From the NCBI GenBank assembly GCA_017941035.1, contig JAGAXG010000038.1, forward strand, positions 129-64,128: a DNA stretch of 64,000 bases. The letters are read 5' to 3'. The stretch's first letter is position 1; each line of letters begins with the position of its first letter. The notes under the pieces are model-generated. The model was not told the origin of the DNA and made no database searches. It worked only from the letters and a program-made list of their open reading frames with translations. The stretch comes from a bacterium. Its GTDB lineage: Bacteria > Cyanobacteriota > Vampirovibrionia > Gastranaerophilales > Gastranaerophilaceae. A program made the position numbers and the translations under genes. This document shows positions 19,963 through 29,497 of this stretch, in pieces.

Positions 19963-21813
19963 ATGAAATTACTTGAAATTAGGAATAATCTTATTAAATT
20001 ATCATTTACGGAACAGGAAACGCCTATACTTGGCAGATTTATTGCAATTACATCCGGCGGGAAATCTTATGTTGGACAATTTGTTAATATCAAATCAGAC
20101 ATATCAAATGGTTTAGCAGTGGCCAGACTTTTATTTACATTTACCTCAGATGGAATTGTTGATTCATATGATGGTTCAGTTCCTAGTATTAACTCTCAAG
20201 TTACAAATCTCCCTTCAGAAGAATTGCTAAATTTAATCACCGTTGAAAATCCTATTAAGCTTGGACACCTTGCCCAGCAAGATATGATGTTTAGTATTGA
20301 TGCTTCAGTTTTTGAAAATAATTTTACAGTTTTATCAGAACATGATTTCGAAAAAGCTAATTTTATTTCTAATTGTGTAAGACAATTATTCCAAATGAAA
20401 GAAAAATCTGTAATTATTGATACAGACGGTATTTCTGAGGATTTCAAGAAAATTAAACTTGCAATTGATTTTAAACTTCCATTAAATGCTGACATGATTG
20501 ATTATATTTTTGAATATGATTTAAAAGATGTAGATGCAGGGACAAAAGCAGTTATTCAAGATATTTTTAAAGCTGTTCAGGATTACTTGCAAACATTAAA
20601 CGATGATTTTTTGCCAATAGATGATTTTATTAATGTAGTTACTGCACAATACAAAGAATCACAAATGCCTGAATTGGCTTTATTAAAAAATAAATTATTA
20701 AAATATCGAGATGCAAATATTTTTGCGAATTCAAAAGATGAACTGTTAATTCTTGAACAAAAATTATTGGAAAGAAATTCTTGTTTTATAGATTTAAAAA
20801 ACATAAATGATGAACTTCAAAATCGTGTAATATTATATATTCATTCTGAGCTTGAAAAAATAAACAAATATATATATTTATTTGTGTCTTTAACTGATGA
20901 TAATTCTAATAAGAGATTATTAAAGAAATTAATCAACCACAATCATATTTTCACTACAATATTTGCAAGCCATTCATATAAATATGCTGCGGAGCTAAAA
21001 CGACATGCCGAAAATATTTTATTATTCGCACCTATCAGTATGCAAAATGACTTTGCACAATATAGTACATTTTTAAATAAATTGAACAGAAATGAAGCAA
21101 TTATTTATGGGAAATTGACACAAAATATCCCTTTAATAATAGATATTGAAAATCTTGATTTAGATTTAACAAAAGATGACGTATTCGGAGATAGAGAAAA
21201 ATTCTTCCCTGCTTCAGATCCTATTAACAATGAAAAATGGATTAGACCACAAGAGTTTATAGAACAACCGGTTGAAGAAAAAGACAAACCGGCAGAAAAA
21301 AGTAATACACAAACTTCTTCAATCAGCGACAAAGAAACTATAATTCAACCACTTGAAAATATTATGGATGAAGATAATAATGATAACATTAACAATTCTG
21401 AATTCGAAAATAATAATGCTTTAGACGAATCTAATCAAACAGATGAAATATCAGAATCCGAAAATACAGAATTACTTTCTGATGATTATATTGAAGACTT
21501 AACAGAAGATGACTTAGATTATATAGAAAATCAATCGCAGGAAGATGATGTTATGTCAATTAATGAAGAAGATAATATTATAGAAGAAACAGAAGATCGC
21601 CCATCGGTCGTTCCTGTATATCCTGTTGAAGATAATTTTGAAACATCTTTAGAAGAATTCTCTCAAGGAGATAAAGTTACTCATCCTCGATATGGGAACG
21701 GCATAATTGAAAAAATTATTAAATACGGTAATAAAACTCTTTGTTCCATTGAATTTGAAAATGTAGGAAGAAGACTTCTAGATCCTTCTATTTCGGAATT
21801 TCAAAAAATTTAG
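19963..21813 (+). CDS. hypothetical protein with an acidic D/E/N-rich linker and a UvrD/PcrA-like C-terminal Tudor-type motif
   Basis: The ATG at 19963 follows GAGGG. The N-terminus (LGRFIAITSGGKSYVGQFVNI) fits the [AG]x4GK[ST] pattern but its context is ambiguous. The C-terminus GDKVTHPRYGNGIIEKI...IEFENVGRRLLDPS resembles the GDRVxHxxFGxGxV...L tail of UvrD/PcrA. Confidence 0.55.
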   Translation: MKLLEIRNNLIKLSFTEQETPILGRFIAITSGGKSYVGQFVNIKSDISNGLAVARLLFTFTSDGIVDSYDGSVPSINSQVTNLPSEELLNLITVENPIKLGHLAQQDMMFSIDASVFENNFTVLSEHDFEKANFISNCVRQLFQMKEKSVIIDTDGISEDFKKIKLAIDFKLPLNADMIDYIFEYDLKDVDAGTKAVIQDIFKAVQDYLQTLNDDFLPIDDFINVVTAQYKESQMPELALLKNKLLKYRDANIFANSKDELLILEQKLLERNSCFIDLKNINDELQNRVILYIHSELEKINKYIYLFVSLTDDNSNKRLLKKLINHNHIFTTIFASHSYKYAAELKRHAENILLFAPISMQNDFAQYSTFLNKLNRNEAIIYGKLTQNIPLIIDIENLDLDLTKDDVFGDREKFFPASDPINNEKWIRPQEFIEQPVEEKDKPAEKSNTQTSSISDKETIIQPLENIMDEDNNDNINNSEFENNNALDESNQTDEISESENTELLSDDYIEDLTEDDLDYIENQSQEDDVMSINEEDNIIEETEDRPSVVPVYPVEDNFETSLEEFSQGDKVTHPRYGNGIIEKIIKYGNKTLCSIEFENVGRRLLDPSISEFQKI

Positions 21814-21845
21814 CAAAAAAAATATTGTTCTGATTTATAAATAAT

Positions 21846-22409
21846 ATGAACAATATAAGTTTTGGTGCATTAAAAAAAAGTAATGCCTCTGTAAAATATA
21901 ATTATAATAATATATACATACCATATAATACCTCTATTGTTGAGCTAGATAAAAATGACAATAAAGATTTTCAATCTTTATATGATTTGGCGCACCTTTG
22001 GAATGAAAAATATAACGGAAGCTTCGCATATGATATATTACTAGAAGCTTCTAAAAATAAACCTAATTTTGATATGTTTAAAGAGCATTATATAGCACTT
22101 ACAACACAAGAAAATAATTTTGAGAAATTAGACCCTGAACAAATTCTTGGCGTTTCTATGATAACAGAATATGACAATTCGAGTGAAATAAATTGGCTTC
22201 AAGTTAAACCTGATACAAAATGCATTGGGAATAAAAATAGAAAATTCAAAGATATTGGTAAAGCAATTATTGATTATATTAAATCAGAATCTTCAGGCAG
22301 ACATATCTGGCTTACTTCATCAATAGAAGCAGTCGATTTCTACAAAAAGCAACATTTTAAACCTCGAGACGGAAGATTTAGTAAATATATATTTTGCTAT
22401 AATGCTTAA
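21846..22409 (+). CDS. hypothetical protein, possibly GNAT-like acetyltransferase fold
   Basis: The C-terminal pattern INWLQVKP...IGKAIIDYI...IWLTSSIEAVDFYKKQHF weakly resembles the GNAT A/B motifs. Confidence 0.4.
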   Translation: MNNISFGALKKSNASVKYNYNNIYIPYNTSIVELDKNDNKDFQSLYDLAHLWNEKYNGSFAYDILLEASKNKPNFDMFKEHYIALTTQENNFEKLDPEQILGVSMITEYDNSSEINWLQVKPDTKCIGNKNRKFKDIGKAIIDYIKSESSGRHIWLTSSIEAVDFYKKQHFKPRDGRFSKYIFCYNA

Positions 22410-22757
22410 TTATTTCCTAAGTTTTTGTGCACCTTTTAGATAAACAAATTTAGGCTTAAAGTTTTCGTCACAATTATATACCACCATAATTCTAAGACAC
22501 ATTTTTAAAGAATTTGGGACATCAAGTTCATGATAACACATCATAGCAATTTCATCCCAGCCAAAATTTATTCTTGCGAATTTCGCAGGGAAATCAGCAT
22601 TCAAATCAGAAGTTGTAGTAAAAATTATATGAGAAATTTTACTTAATTTTATATTATTTTGTTCAAACATTTCAGACAAAAGCTCTAAAGTTGCTTCTTC
22701 TAAAGCTTGTGAAGTATTTTTTTCTACTGTAATCGCACCTCTTATACCTTTTGTCAT
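22410..22757 (-). CDS. aroH: AroH-type chorismate mutase
   Basis: The N-terminal GIRGAITVEKNT and the ...DFPAKFAR... block closely follow the Bacillus AroH pattern. 115 aa. Confidence 0.85.
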   Translation of the reverse strand: MTKGIRGAITVEKNTSQALEEATLELLSEMFEQNNIKLSKISHIIFTTTSDLNADFPAKFARINFGWDEIAMMCYHELDVPNSLKMCLRIMVVYNCDENFKPKFVYLKGAQKLRK

Positions 22758-23665
22758 TTTTTTACCCCATTATACCAATCACGAGCAAGCATTTCACCTT
22801 TCCCTTCAGGCTTTACCTTTATCAAACGTACCAATCCATCAGAGCAGGCTATGTCAACTCCTTCTTTTGAATAAGCTGTTATTTCTCCTTGAACTCCTTT
22901 CCCGTCTACAGGAGAAGTTTCTATAACTTTTATTATTTTACCATTATGAATAAAATAAGCGCCGGGATTCCTGCAAATTCCCCTTACAAGATTATGAATT
23001 TCATTATTTGATTTTGACCAATCTATAAGACATTCTTCTTTAGTAAGTTTATTTGCCATACAAACTCCATCTTCACATTGCTTTTGAGGAATTAAAGTTC
23101 CTTCTTTCAGAGACACAAGAGTTTCTTCAATCATTTTAGGAGATTTGTCGGAAATTTCATTCCAAAGTTCTTCACAATTCATTGTATCTGGTATTGGGAT
23201 AACAAGTTTTTTACAAATATCACCGCAATCAAGTCCTAACTCAGTAATCATTGTACAAATACCGGTTTCTTTATCGCCATTAATAATTGCACGTTGAATT
23301 GGATTTGCTCCTCTGTATTTTGGAAGTAATGAAGCATGAAGATTTATTGTCTCATACTTTGGAATGTCTAAAACTTCTTGAGATAAAATTTGTCCAAAAG
23401 CAAAAGTAACAAAAAAATCAGGCACAATTTTTTTTAATGCTTCTTGAATATTAGGTTCTTTTCGTATAGATTTAGGCTGAAATACAGGAATATTATGTTC
23501 AATAGCATATTTTTTTATGGGAGACATTTGTAATTTATGTCCACGTCCTGCGGGTTTGTCAGGCTGAGTTACAACAGCTGCAACCTCTATTTTCTCGGAA
23601 TTATAAAGATAATCCAAAGATTTCAAACCAATATCCGGAGTTCCAAAAAATACAACTTTTATCAT
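22754..23665 (-). CDS. fmt: methionyl-tRNA formyltransferase
   Basis: KVVFFGTP..., the INLHASLLPKYRGANPIQ motif and the def-fmt gene order. Confidence 0.95.
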   Translation of the reverse strand: MIKVVFFGTPDIGLKSLDYLYNSEKIEVAAVVTQPDKPAGRGHKLQMSPIKKYAIEHNIPVFQPKSIRKEPNIQEALKKIVPDFFVTFAFGQILSQEVLDIPKYETINLHASLLPKYRGANPIQRAIINGDKETGICTMITELGLDCGDICKKLVIPIPDTMNCEELWNEISDKSPKMIEETLVSLKEGTLIPQKQCEDGVCMANKLTKEECLIDWSKSNNEIHNLVRGICRNPGAYFIHNGKIIKVIETSPVDGKGVQGEITAYSKEGVDIACSDGLVRLIKVKPEGKGEMLARDWYNGVKK

Positions 23666-24216
23666 AATTGTTCCTTAAGCTCCGTTTCATCAAGAAGTTT
23701 ATTTGGATCAATACTTGGGAGGTTATACTTTTTCAAAACTTCTTCAGTTTCAAATCTGTTTAAAGAATGATCTATAAATAAAATGCCGTCAAGATGATCA
23801 TTTTCATGTTGAATAGCACGTGCTAAAAGATTGCCACCTTTAACTTCCATAACAAAAGGTTTTCCATGTTCATTTGTTGCTTTTATCATTACATTTTCAT
23901 AACGGACAACGTCAGCATAAGCTTCAGGAAAACTTAAACAACCTTCGTTACTTTTTATTGCTCCGCTCTTTTTAATTATTTTAGGATTTATAAAAACCAT
24001 AGGTTCAAGCGGTTCTTCTTTTGTCGATGCATCAATAACGAAAACTCTTAAATTAACCCCAATTTGAGGAGCCGCAAGTCCAACACCATTTTGAGCATAC
24101 ATGGTGTCAAACAAATCTCTTACCAAATCATTTATTTTTTTAGAAACTTTATGAACCTCTTTTGACGGTTCTCTTAAAGAAGGTTCTCCATAGTGTAAAA
24201 CTCTTTTTATTGCCAT
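23662..24216 (-). CDS. def: peptide deformylase
   Basis: GLAAPQIG, EGCLS and QHENDHLDG motifs. Confidence 0.95.
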   Translation of the reverse strand: MAIKRVLHYGEPSLREPSKEVHKVSKKINDLVRDLFDTMYAQNGVGLAAPQIGVNLRVFVIDASTKEEPLEPMVFINPKIIKKSGAIKSNEGCLSFPEAYADVVRYENVMIKATNEHGKPFVMEVKGGNLLARAIQHENDHLDGILFIDHSLNRFETEEVLKKYNLPSIDPNKLLDETELKEQL

Positions 24217-24335
24217 AATTCCCTCTAGCTTTCTATAACAAAATAGTACTATAAATTTGAAGGCTTTGCAAGAAAAAACACTTTAAATTCTAAATACAAT
24301 GTGTTATAATAACCATGTTAATAAGGAGACTTTTA

Positions 24336-24827
24336 GTGAAAAAGGTTATTATTTTATGGGTTGTGTTAATGACATTAGGTAATTGTGTTTATGCACAAAA
24401 AAATGTAACAGTTGATAAAGATGCAATTATAACTGAAATTGGAATGCTTGTAAACGATAGAAGTTTTAATATCGCACTCCGAAAATGTAATTCTGCATTA
24501 GAAATATTCCCTGAAGATGCAGCTTTGTATTACTGGAAGGGGACGATTGAAAGTTCTCTAGGGAATAAAAAATCCGCACTTCAGGCTTATAACAAATCAA
24601 TTGAATTAAATCCTGATTATGCAAAAACTTATGTAATGCGTGGAATTTGTAAGCTTGGACTTGGCGACAGAGAAGGAGCTTTGAATGATTATAACAAAGC
24701 GATTGAACTTGATCCAAAAAATAGTTCCGCATATTCAATGCGAGCAATTATGAAACTTGAATTCGGAGATTATGCGGGCGCATCTCAAGATCTTGAAATA
24801 TCTGATAAATTAATTAATGAAAAATAA
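24336..24827 (+). CDS. secreted TPR-repeat protein
   Basis: The GTG at 24336 lies 7 nt after AGGAGA. The signal-like start is (M)KKVIILWVVLMTLGNCVYAQ. There are three to four TPR units (AYNKSIELNPDYAKTY, DYNKAIELDPKNSSAY). Confidence 0.7.
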   Translation: MKKVIILWVVLMTLGNCVYAQKNVTVDKDAIITEIGMLVNDRSFNIALRKCNSALEIFPEDAALYYWKGTIESSLGNKKSALQAYNKSIELNPDYAKTYVMRGICKLGLGDREGALNDYNKAIELDPKNSSAYSMRAIMKLEFGDYAGASQDLEISDKLINEK

Positions 24828-24831
24828 AAAT

Positions 24832-25500
24832 TTATCTTACATTCAAAAACTTATGAACTTGAGGAATTAAGCGCGTGTTTGGATATTTTAAAGTAAATTT
24901 TTCTAATATTTCACTACAAAATTCAGAACTGACACTCATTTTATCTCCAACCATTTTCGGCTGAAGTACAAGTTCCATATTATTTATATTCGCAATTTCA
25001 ATACAATTAGAAATTTCTTCCCGCGAAATATTTTCGTCAAAAACAATTTTTCCGAAAGTATTTTTATTTTTACAATGCGAGAAAAATTCTTTATGCTTTG
25101 CAATACAATCAAAACCAGTAGATGATTTTAATTTTATATCACCGGAAATTATATCGATAAAATTTGAAATTACATCTAATTCCTTTGGTAATGTTGCATT
25201 TGTTTCAAGATAAATTTTTGTTTTCCCTTGTAACATTGGTAAAAATTCTTTTAAAAATTTATATGATAATAATGGTTCTCCTCCAGTTAAAGATACGGAA
25301 TGAAAACTTTTTAAATCATATTCTGAGCATATTTTTTTGAATAGATTTTCAGGAGTATATAATTCTCCTTTTTGAAATTCTGTATCGCAGTAGTTGCAGT
25401 TTAAATTACAACCGCAAAATCTTATAAAAAGCTGTTTGTAGCCAACAACAGGACCTTCTCCTTGAATAGATGAAAATATTTCATTAATTTTAGCTTCCAT
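24832..25500 (-). CDS. queE: 7-carboxy-7-deazaguanine synthase (radical SAM)
   Basis: [13 protein letters not shown]...[16 protein letters not shown] motif. 222 aa. Confidence 0.85.
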   Translation of the reverse strand: MEAKINEIFSSIQGEGPVVGYKQLFIRFCGCNLNCNYCDTEFQKGELYTPENLFKKICSEYDLKSFHSVSLTGGEPLLSYKFLKEFLPMLQGKTKIYLETNATLPKELDVISNFIDIISGDIKLKSSTGFDCIAKHKEFFSHCKNKNTFGKIVFDENISREEISNCIEIANINNMELVLQPKMVGDKMSVSSEFCSEILEKFTLKYPNTRLIPQVHKFLNVR

Positions 25501-26548
25501 AACCGAAATTCTTTCTCACATTATCTTTTGACAAATTTTTGAGCTGTTCATATAGCCTGATTTCATCTTCCGACAAATCATGAGAAAATTCAATACTAAC
25601 AGTTACAATTAAATCACCAATTTTACCATTTTTCTTTATACCCTGCTTCGCAATTCTAAATTTTTGTCCTGAACAAGTATTTTTTGGGAGCTTCAATTTT
25701 ATTACGCCATCAAAAGCCGGAATAGAAATTTCTTCTCCTAAAGCGGCTTCAAAAGGAGTAACCGGAACATTATAATAAATATTTAATTTATCAAAATGAA
25801 CTTGAGTTTTAGTTTCTATTTTTACGGTAATCATAACATCACCATTTGGTCCTCCATTTTTGCCTGAAGCGCCCTCGCCACGAAGCCTTAATTTAGCACC
25901 GTGCTTTACACCTTTTGGGATTGTAACCGTAATTCTTTTTGTTTCAGTAACTGTACCTTTACCTTGGCATCTTGAGCATTTATCACCATTTGTAAATCTA
26001 TGCCCGTTACACTTTGGGCATGTTTTTGTTGTTCTTATATTTACAATACGCTTACTACCTGTCATTACCTCATCAGGAGTTATTACAACATCGGTCGTAA
26101 TATTTTCTCCTTTTTGCGGTTTGTTAAAATCATTTTCCAATTTATTTTTCTTAAATTTTGCAAACCAATATTTCAAAATATTTACTTGTTTTTTATTTTT
26201 ACATTCTGCTTTTGAAGTTTTTTGCGATTTTTTAGCTTCTTCATTTTTAGGTTCTTCGTTTTTAGCTTCTTCGTTTTTAGGTTCTTCGCTATTATGCACA
26301 TCAGTAAAAGGCTTGAAAATTCCGTTTATAATATCATATTTTTTACGTTCAGCTTCATTAGACAGAGTTTCATAAGCTATTGTTATTTCTTTAAAAATTA
26401 TAACAGCCTCAGAAGATTTATTTATATCAGGATGATACTTACGAGCCAATTTCCTATAAGCAGATTTTATTTCCGATGTTTGAACATCAGTTTCAACTCC
26501 TAAAATTTCATAATAATTTTTTGTATTATTAAACACCATAACTATCAT
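25490..26548 (-). CDS. DnaJ-like J-domain protein with a reduced zinc finger and a K/E-rich repeat linker
   Basis: J domain YYEILGV...[14 protein letters not shown]. Only two CxxC pairs are present (CPKCNGHR...CSRCQGKG). The C-terminal DnaJ-type beta domain is present. [22 protein letters not shown] linker replaces the G/F region. Confidence 0.8.
   Translation of the reverse strand: MIVMVFNNTKNYYEILGVETDVQTSEIKSAYRKLARKYHPDINKSSEAVIIFKEITIAYETLSNEAERKKYDIINGIFKPFTDVHNSEEPKNEEAKNEEPKNEEAKKSQKTSKAECKNKKQVNILKYWFAKFKKNKLENDFNKPQKGENITTDVVITPDEVMTGSKRIVNIRTTKTCPKCNGHRFTNGDKCSRCQGKGTVTETKRITVTIPKGVKHGAKLRLRGEGASGKNGGPNGDVMITVKIETKTQVHFDKLNIYYNVPVTPFEAALGEEISIPAFDGVIKLKLPKNTCSGQKFRIAKQGIKKNGKIGDLIVTVSIEFSHDLSEDEIRLYEQLKNLSKDNVRKNFGYGS
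26229..26288. repeat. four tandem 15-bp in-frame repeats (tttttagSttcttcN) encoding (K/P)NEEA/(K)NEEP units
   Basis: Read directly: tttttagcttcttca / tttttaggttcttcg / tttttagcttcttcg / tttttaggttcttcg. Confidence 0.9.
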
Positions 26549-26632
26549 TTAATGATAAATTTTTAAATTTCAACACCTACAATATATCAATTTTGAAAAA
26601 TTATTGTATAATATAAAAAAAGGAGTGAATTT

Positions 26633-27322
26633 ATGAAAAAATTAGCATTTACTTTAGCTGAAGTACTAATAACACTTGGTATAATAGGGGTTGTAGCCGG
26701 AATGACAATACCTACTCTTTCTTATAATTATAAAGAAAAACAAAACAGTGTAAAACTACAACACACATATTCAACATTAAAAAATGCAATGGCAACAGCT
26801 ATTGCCGAGAACGTAAATTCAGGGGTTAAGACAGTTAATAACATGACTCAAATGAAAAAATGGTACAATACTTTTATTACTCCTTACTTGAATGTTCTAC
26901 AAACATGTTACGGTGCAGAAACCGGATGTTGGGCAGAAGATACTTTCTATGCTCGCGGAACTAAAATTACTAAAAATCCAACTGGTGCTTGCGGAGGAAA
27001 TACAATATCTTTTGTTTTATCTGACGGAAGCTTTGTATGTATAGATGATTATCAGGGAGACCTTCTTGATTCGACATTCGGAGTCGAAAACGCTGTAAAT
27101 GAATTATCTATAATTTTTCGCATAGATATAAATGGAAATAATAAACCTAACCAATATGGAAAAGATATTTTTATTGCAATATTTAACGGAAATAAAATTG
27201 TTCCCGCCGGTAACAATAGATCTATAAGTGAAGTTAATTCTAATTGCAGTAAAAATGGTGACGGCTATTGGTGTATGCAAAAAGCTATAGATTCAGGGTA
27301 TAAATTCCCGCTTTATAAATAA
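26633..27322 (+). CDS. prepilin-type N-terminal domain protein (pilin/pseudopilin-like)
   Basis: MKKLAFTLAEVLITLGIIGVVAGMTIPTL, with the family motif DINGNNKPNQYGKDIFIAIF. An AGGAG SD lies upstream. Confidence 0.8.
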   Translation: MKKLAFTLAEVLITLGIIGVVAGMTIPTLSYNYKEKQNSVKLQHTYSTLKNAMATAIAENVNSGVKTVNNMTQMKKWYNTFITPYLNVLQTCYGAETGCWAEDTFYARGTKITKNPTGACGGNTISFVLSDGSFVCIDDYQGDLLDSTFGVENAVNELSIIFRIDINGNNKPNQYGKDIFIAIFNGNKIVPAGNNRSISEVNSNCSKNGDGYWCMQKAIDSGYKFPLYK

Positions 27323-28320
27323 TAAAAATCTTCATTTAACAGCATTCTTGCACGTGTAAGAGTAGCTGCGGTTTGAGTATAAAATCTCCCATTTTTATAC
27401 TCTGATATTGATGATAAATTATTTGTATTAATCAATGTGTATTCATCAGAAAATGATCCATTTACACAAGAATTGAAAATTTTTAACAAATCATCATCTA
27501 CTAAATTCAAAACTGCTTCAGCATCACAATCACTAAAAAAAGGGACTATGTTATTTACATAAAACGTATCTTCTCCTGCGACAACTCCTTCAATACCAAT
27601 TATTCCTAAATATGATAGATTATTATTATCAATAGAAGAAAAAATATTTTTTACGATATTACCTACACGTTCAAATATAACTTGTGATATTCTAAAATTC
27701 GGAACAAAACAACCGATATTAGTATAGTTTTGTTCTTTTTTATAATTATGAACAGAAGTTATAGGAAGGACACAACATCCATCTGTTATATAATATATGG
27801 TAAAACTGTTTCCATATACGTATTCTTCTACTAAAAATTCATTTACTCCCCTGTAGCATAAATCGTCAATATAATTTTGAGCGGTTTTAATAGTCGGACA
27901 AACAAGTCTTTCTATAGGACTATCCGAATTATAAATAATTATTGGGAAATCAGAATTTTTTAAATAATCTTGTAAAATTTGAAGTTTGTTGAAAGCTCCA
28001 AATTTTGGAGTTTGAGCATGCAATTTATACAGAAATTTCTTTTGAGTAATTTTATTGAACATGAAATTACATGCCTGTTTTTGCGGTCCAAATATATTTT
28101 GACCATTAACTTGGAAAAAAGATACAATATCTGATTTTAAAGCCTTTTCCGATATTGGAATTGTTAAATCTATATTTTTTTCTAATACAAATTTTAAAAG
28201 TCCTGTAACATCATCATCTCTTATATCTTCTTTTGAAGATACAAAAATTTCAGCATCAATCTTTTTAGATAAAGCTTCTGCTGTTTGTCCGCTGCCAACT
28301 ATCAAAACCTTATAAGACAT
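27313..28320 (-). CDS. PurD-like (ATP-grasp architecture) protein with degenerate catalytic motifs
   Basis: The layout is collinear with phosphoribosylamine-glycine ligase (KVLIVGSGQTAEA vs GSGGREHA; IDLTIPISE...IFGP; VEEYVYGNSFT). The motifs I recall as DHKR, GPNTGGMG and EFNxRFGDPE are replaced by HNYKKE, YTNIGCFV and YVNNIVPFFSDCDAE. Confidence 0.5.
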   Translation of the reverse strand: MSYKVLIVGSGQTAEALSKKIDAEIFVSSKEDIRDDDVTGLLKFVLEKNIDLTIPISEKALKSDIVSFFQVNGQNIFGPQKQACNFMFNKITQKKFLYKLHAQTPKFGAFNKLQILQDYLKNSDFPIIIYNSDSPIERLVCPTIKTAQNYIDDLCYRGVNEFLVEEYVYGNSFTIYYITDGCCVLPITSVHNYKKEQNYTNIGCFVPNFRISQVIFERVGNIVKNIFSSIDNNNLSYLGIIGIEGVVAGEDTFYVNNIVPFFSDCDAEAVLNLVDDDLLKIFNSCVNGSFSDEYTLINTNNLSSISEYKNGRFYTQTAATLTRARMLLNEDFYYL

Positions 28321-28448
28321 AAATAAATTATACTACACAAAACAGAGGATTTTTGTTAAGAAATTTAAAAATTTTTTAACAATATATGCTATAATAATGA
28401 CAAATAGAATTCAATTATTAAAAAACTTCTAAGAAGAGGTATTGTATA

Positions 28449-28682
28449 ATGGCAGGTATAACAAAATTATTATCAAGTGTATTTCAATCTCCAAGCATTA
28501 CAACAGCTGCTCCTGTTGTAAAACAATCTGAAAATTCATACAACGGAAACCCTTTTGTAAACTACAATGGATTTTCTTCAAGATTTTACGCGCAAAATAA
28601 ACCTGTTAAAGGGGGATATTTTGCAGGATATTATAATGGGAAACAAAATATTGTAGGAAGACGCCTTTTTGTAGAAGTTTAA
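28449..28682 (+). CDS. hypothetical small G/Y/N-rich protein
   Basis: 77-aa ORF with a GAAGAGG SD-like stretch and an extended -10 (TGcTATAAT at 28387-28395) upstream. No family recognised. Confidence 0.45.
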   Translation: MAGITKLLSSVFQSPSITTAAPVVKQSENSYNGNPFVNYNGFSSRFYAQNKPVKGGYFAGYYNGKQNIVGRRLFVEV

Positions 28683-28684
28683 GA

Positions 28685-29482
28685 TTAATACGGCATTTCC
28701 CAGCCGTTATCTACTACAGCTTCATAACACCAACCTTCTGATCCTTCGGCTCCTGTTTTACATTTATCTATTTTAAAATTTGAGCCTGCTTCATTTGGAT
28801 CATATTCCGCATTTTCTTCCCCTTCTTTAGGAGTTCTGGTACTTGCCAAGTCTGATGGCCCTACAAGAGTACCCTTATTTGTTATATAGAAGCCAAATAA
28901 ATCACGACCTACTGTATTTGGTTTGTCGTTTCCATTGACATCAAAAAAGAAATATCCGACAACCTTAGTATTATCAGCACTAGTAACTTCATTTTCGACC
29001 GTATGATAAGTTAACATTGCTCCATTTTTCAATTTTATTGTAGGAGATCCCATAACTTCTAGAATATTAAATGCTTCTAATTTATTTCGAATTTTTTTTG
29101 AACTGTCATTCGAATCTGTTTTTAATTTATCAATAGCCTTATAAACATTTACAACTTTTTGAGAATCAGTATCCCAGCCTAAACCCCAACAATCAGATTC
29201 GGCATAATCATCATCACAAGTTTTTACAATTGAAAAATTTTTATCTGTTAAAAGTGTTGTCGGTTCAGAAAAATCTGTATTTTCAAGATATTTTGTTCTG
29301 TGCATTACCATTTGATCATTAGCAAGTTGTTGAATTGTACCTGCCATGTTCTTTAACTGAGTTGTTAAAAGTTTATTATTAACATTTGAAAATAAACTCG
29401 GGACTGTTAATGCCGCAATAGCACCAATAATTGCAAGTGCTATTAATAATTCTGTCAACGTAAAAGCTTTTTTATTTAACAT
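28685..29482 (-). CDS. prepilin-type N-terminal domain protein (pilin/pseudopilin-like)
   Basis: MLNKKAFTLTELLIALAIIGAIAALTVPSL, with the family motif DVNGNDKPNTVGRDLFGF. A GAGGAG SD lies upstream. Confidence 0.8.
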   Translation of the reverse strand: MLNKKAFTLTELLIALAIIGAIAALTVPSLFSNVNNKLLTTQLKNMAGTIQQLANDQMVMHRTKYLENTDFSEPTTLLTDKNFSIVKTCDDDYAESDCWGLGWDTDSQKVVNVYKAIDKLKTDSNDSSKKIRNKLEAFNILEVMGSPTIKLKNGAMLTYHTVENEVTSADNTKVVGYFFFDVNGNDKPNTVGRDLFGFYITNKGTLVGPSDLASTRTPKEGEENAEYDPNEAGSNFKIDKCKTGAEGSEGWCYEAVVDNGWEMPY

Positions 29483-29497
29483 TTAATTATTCTCCTC

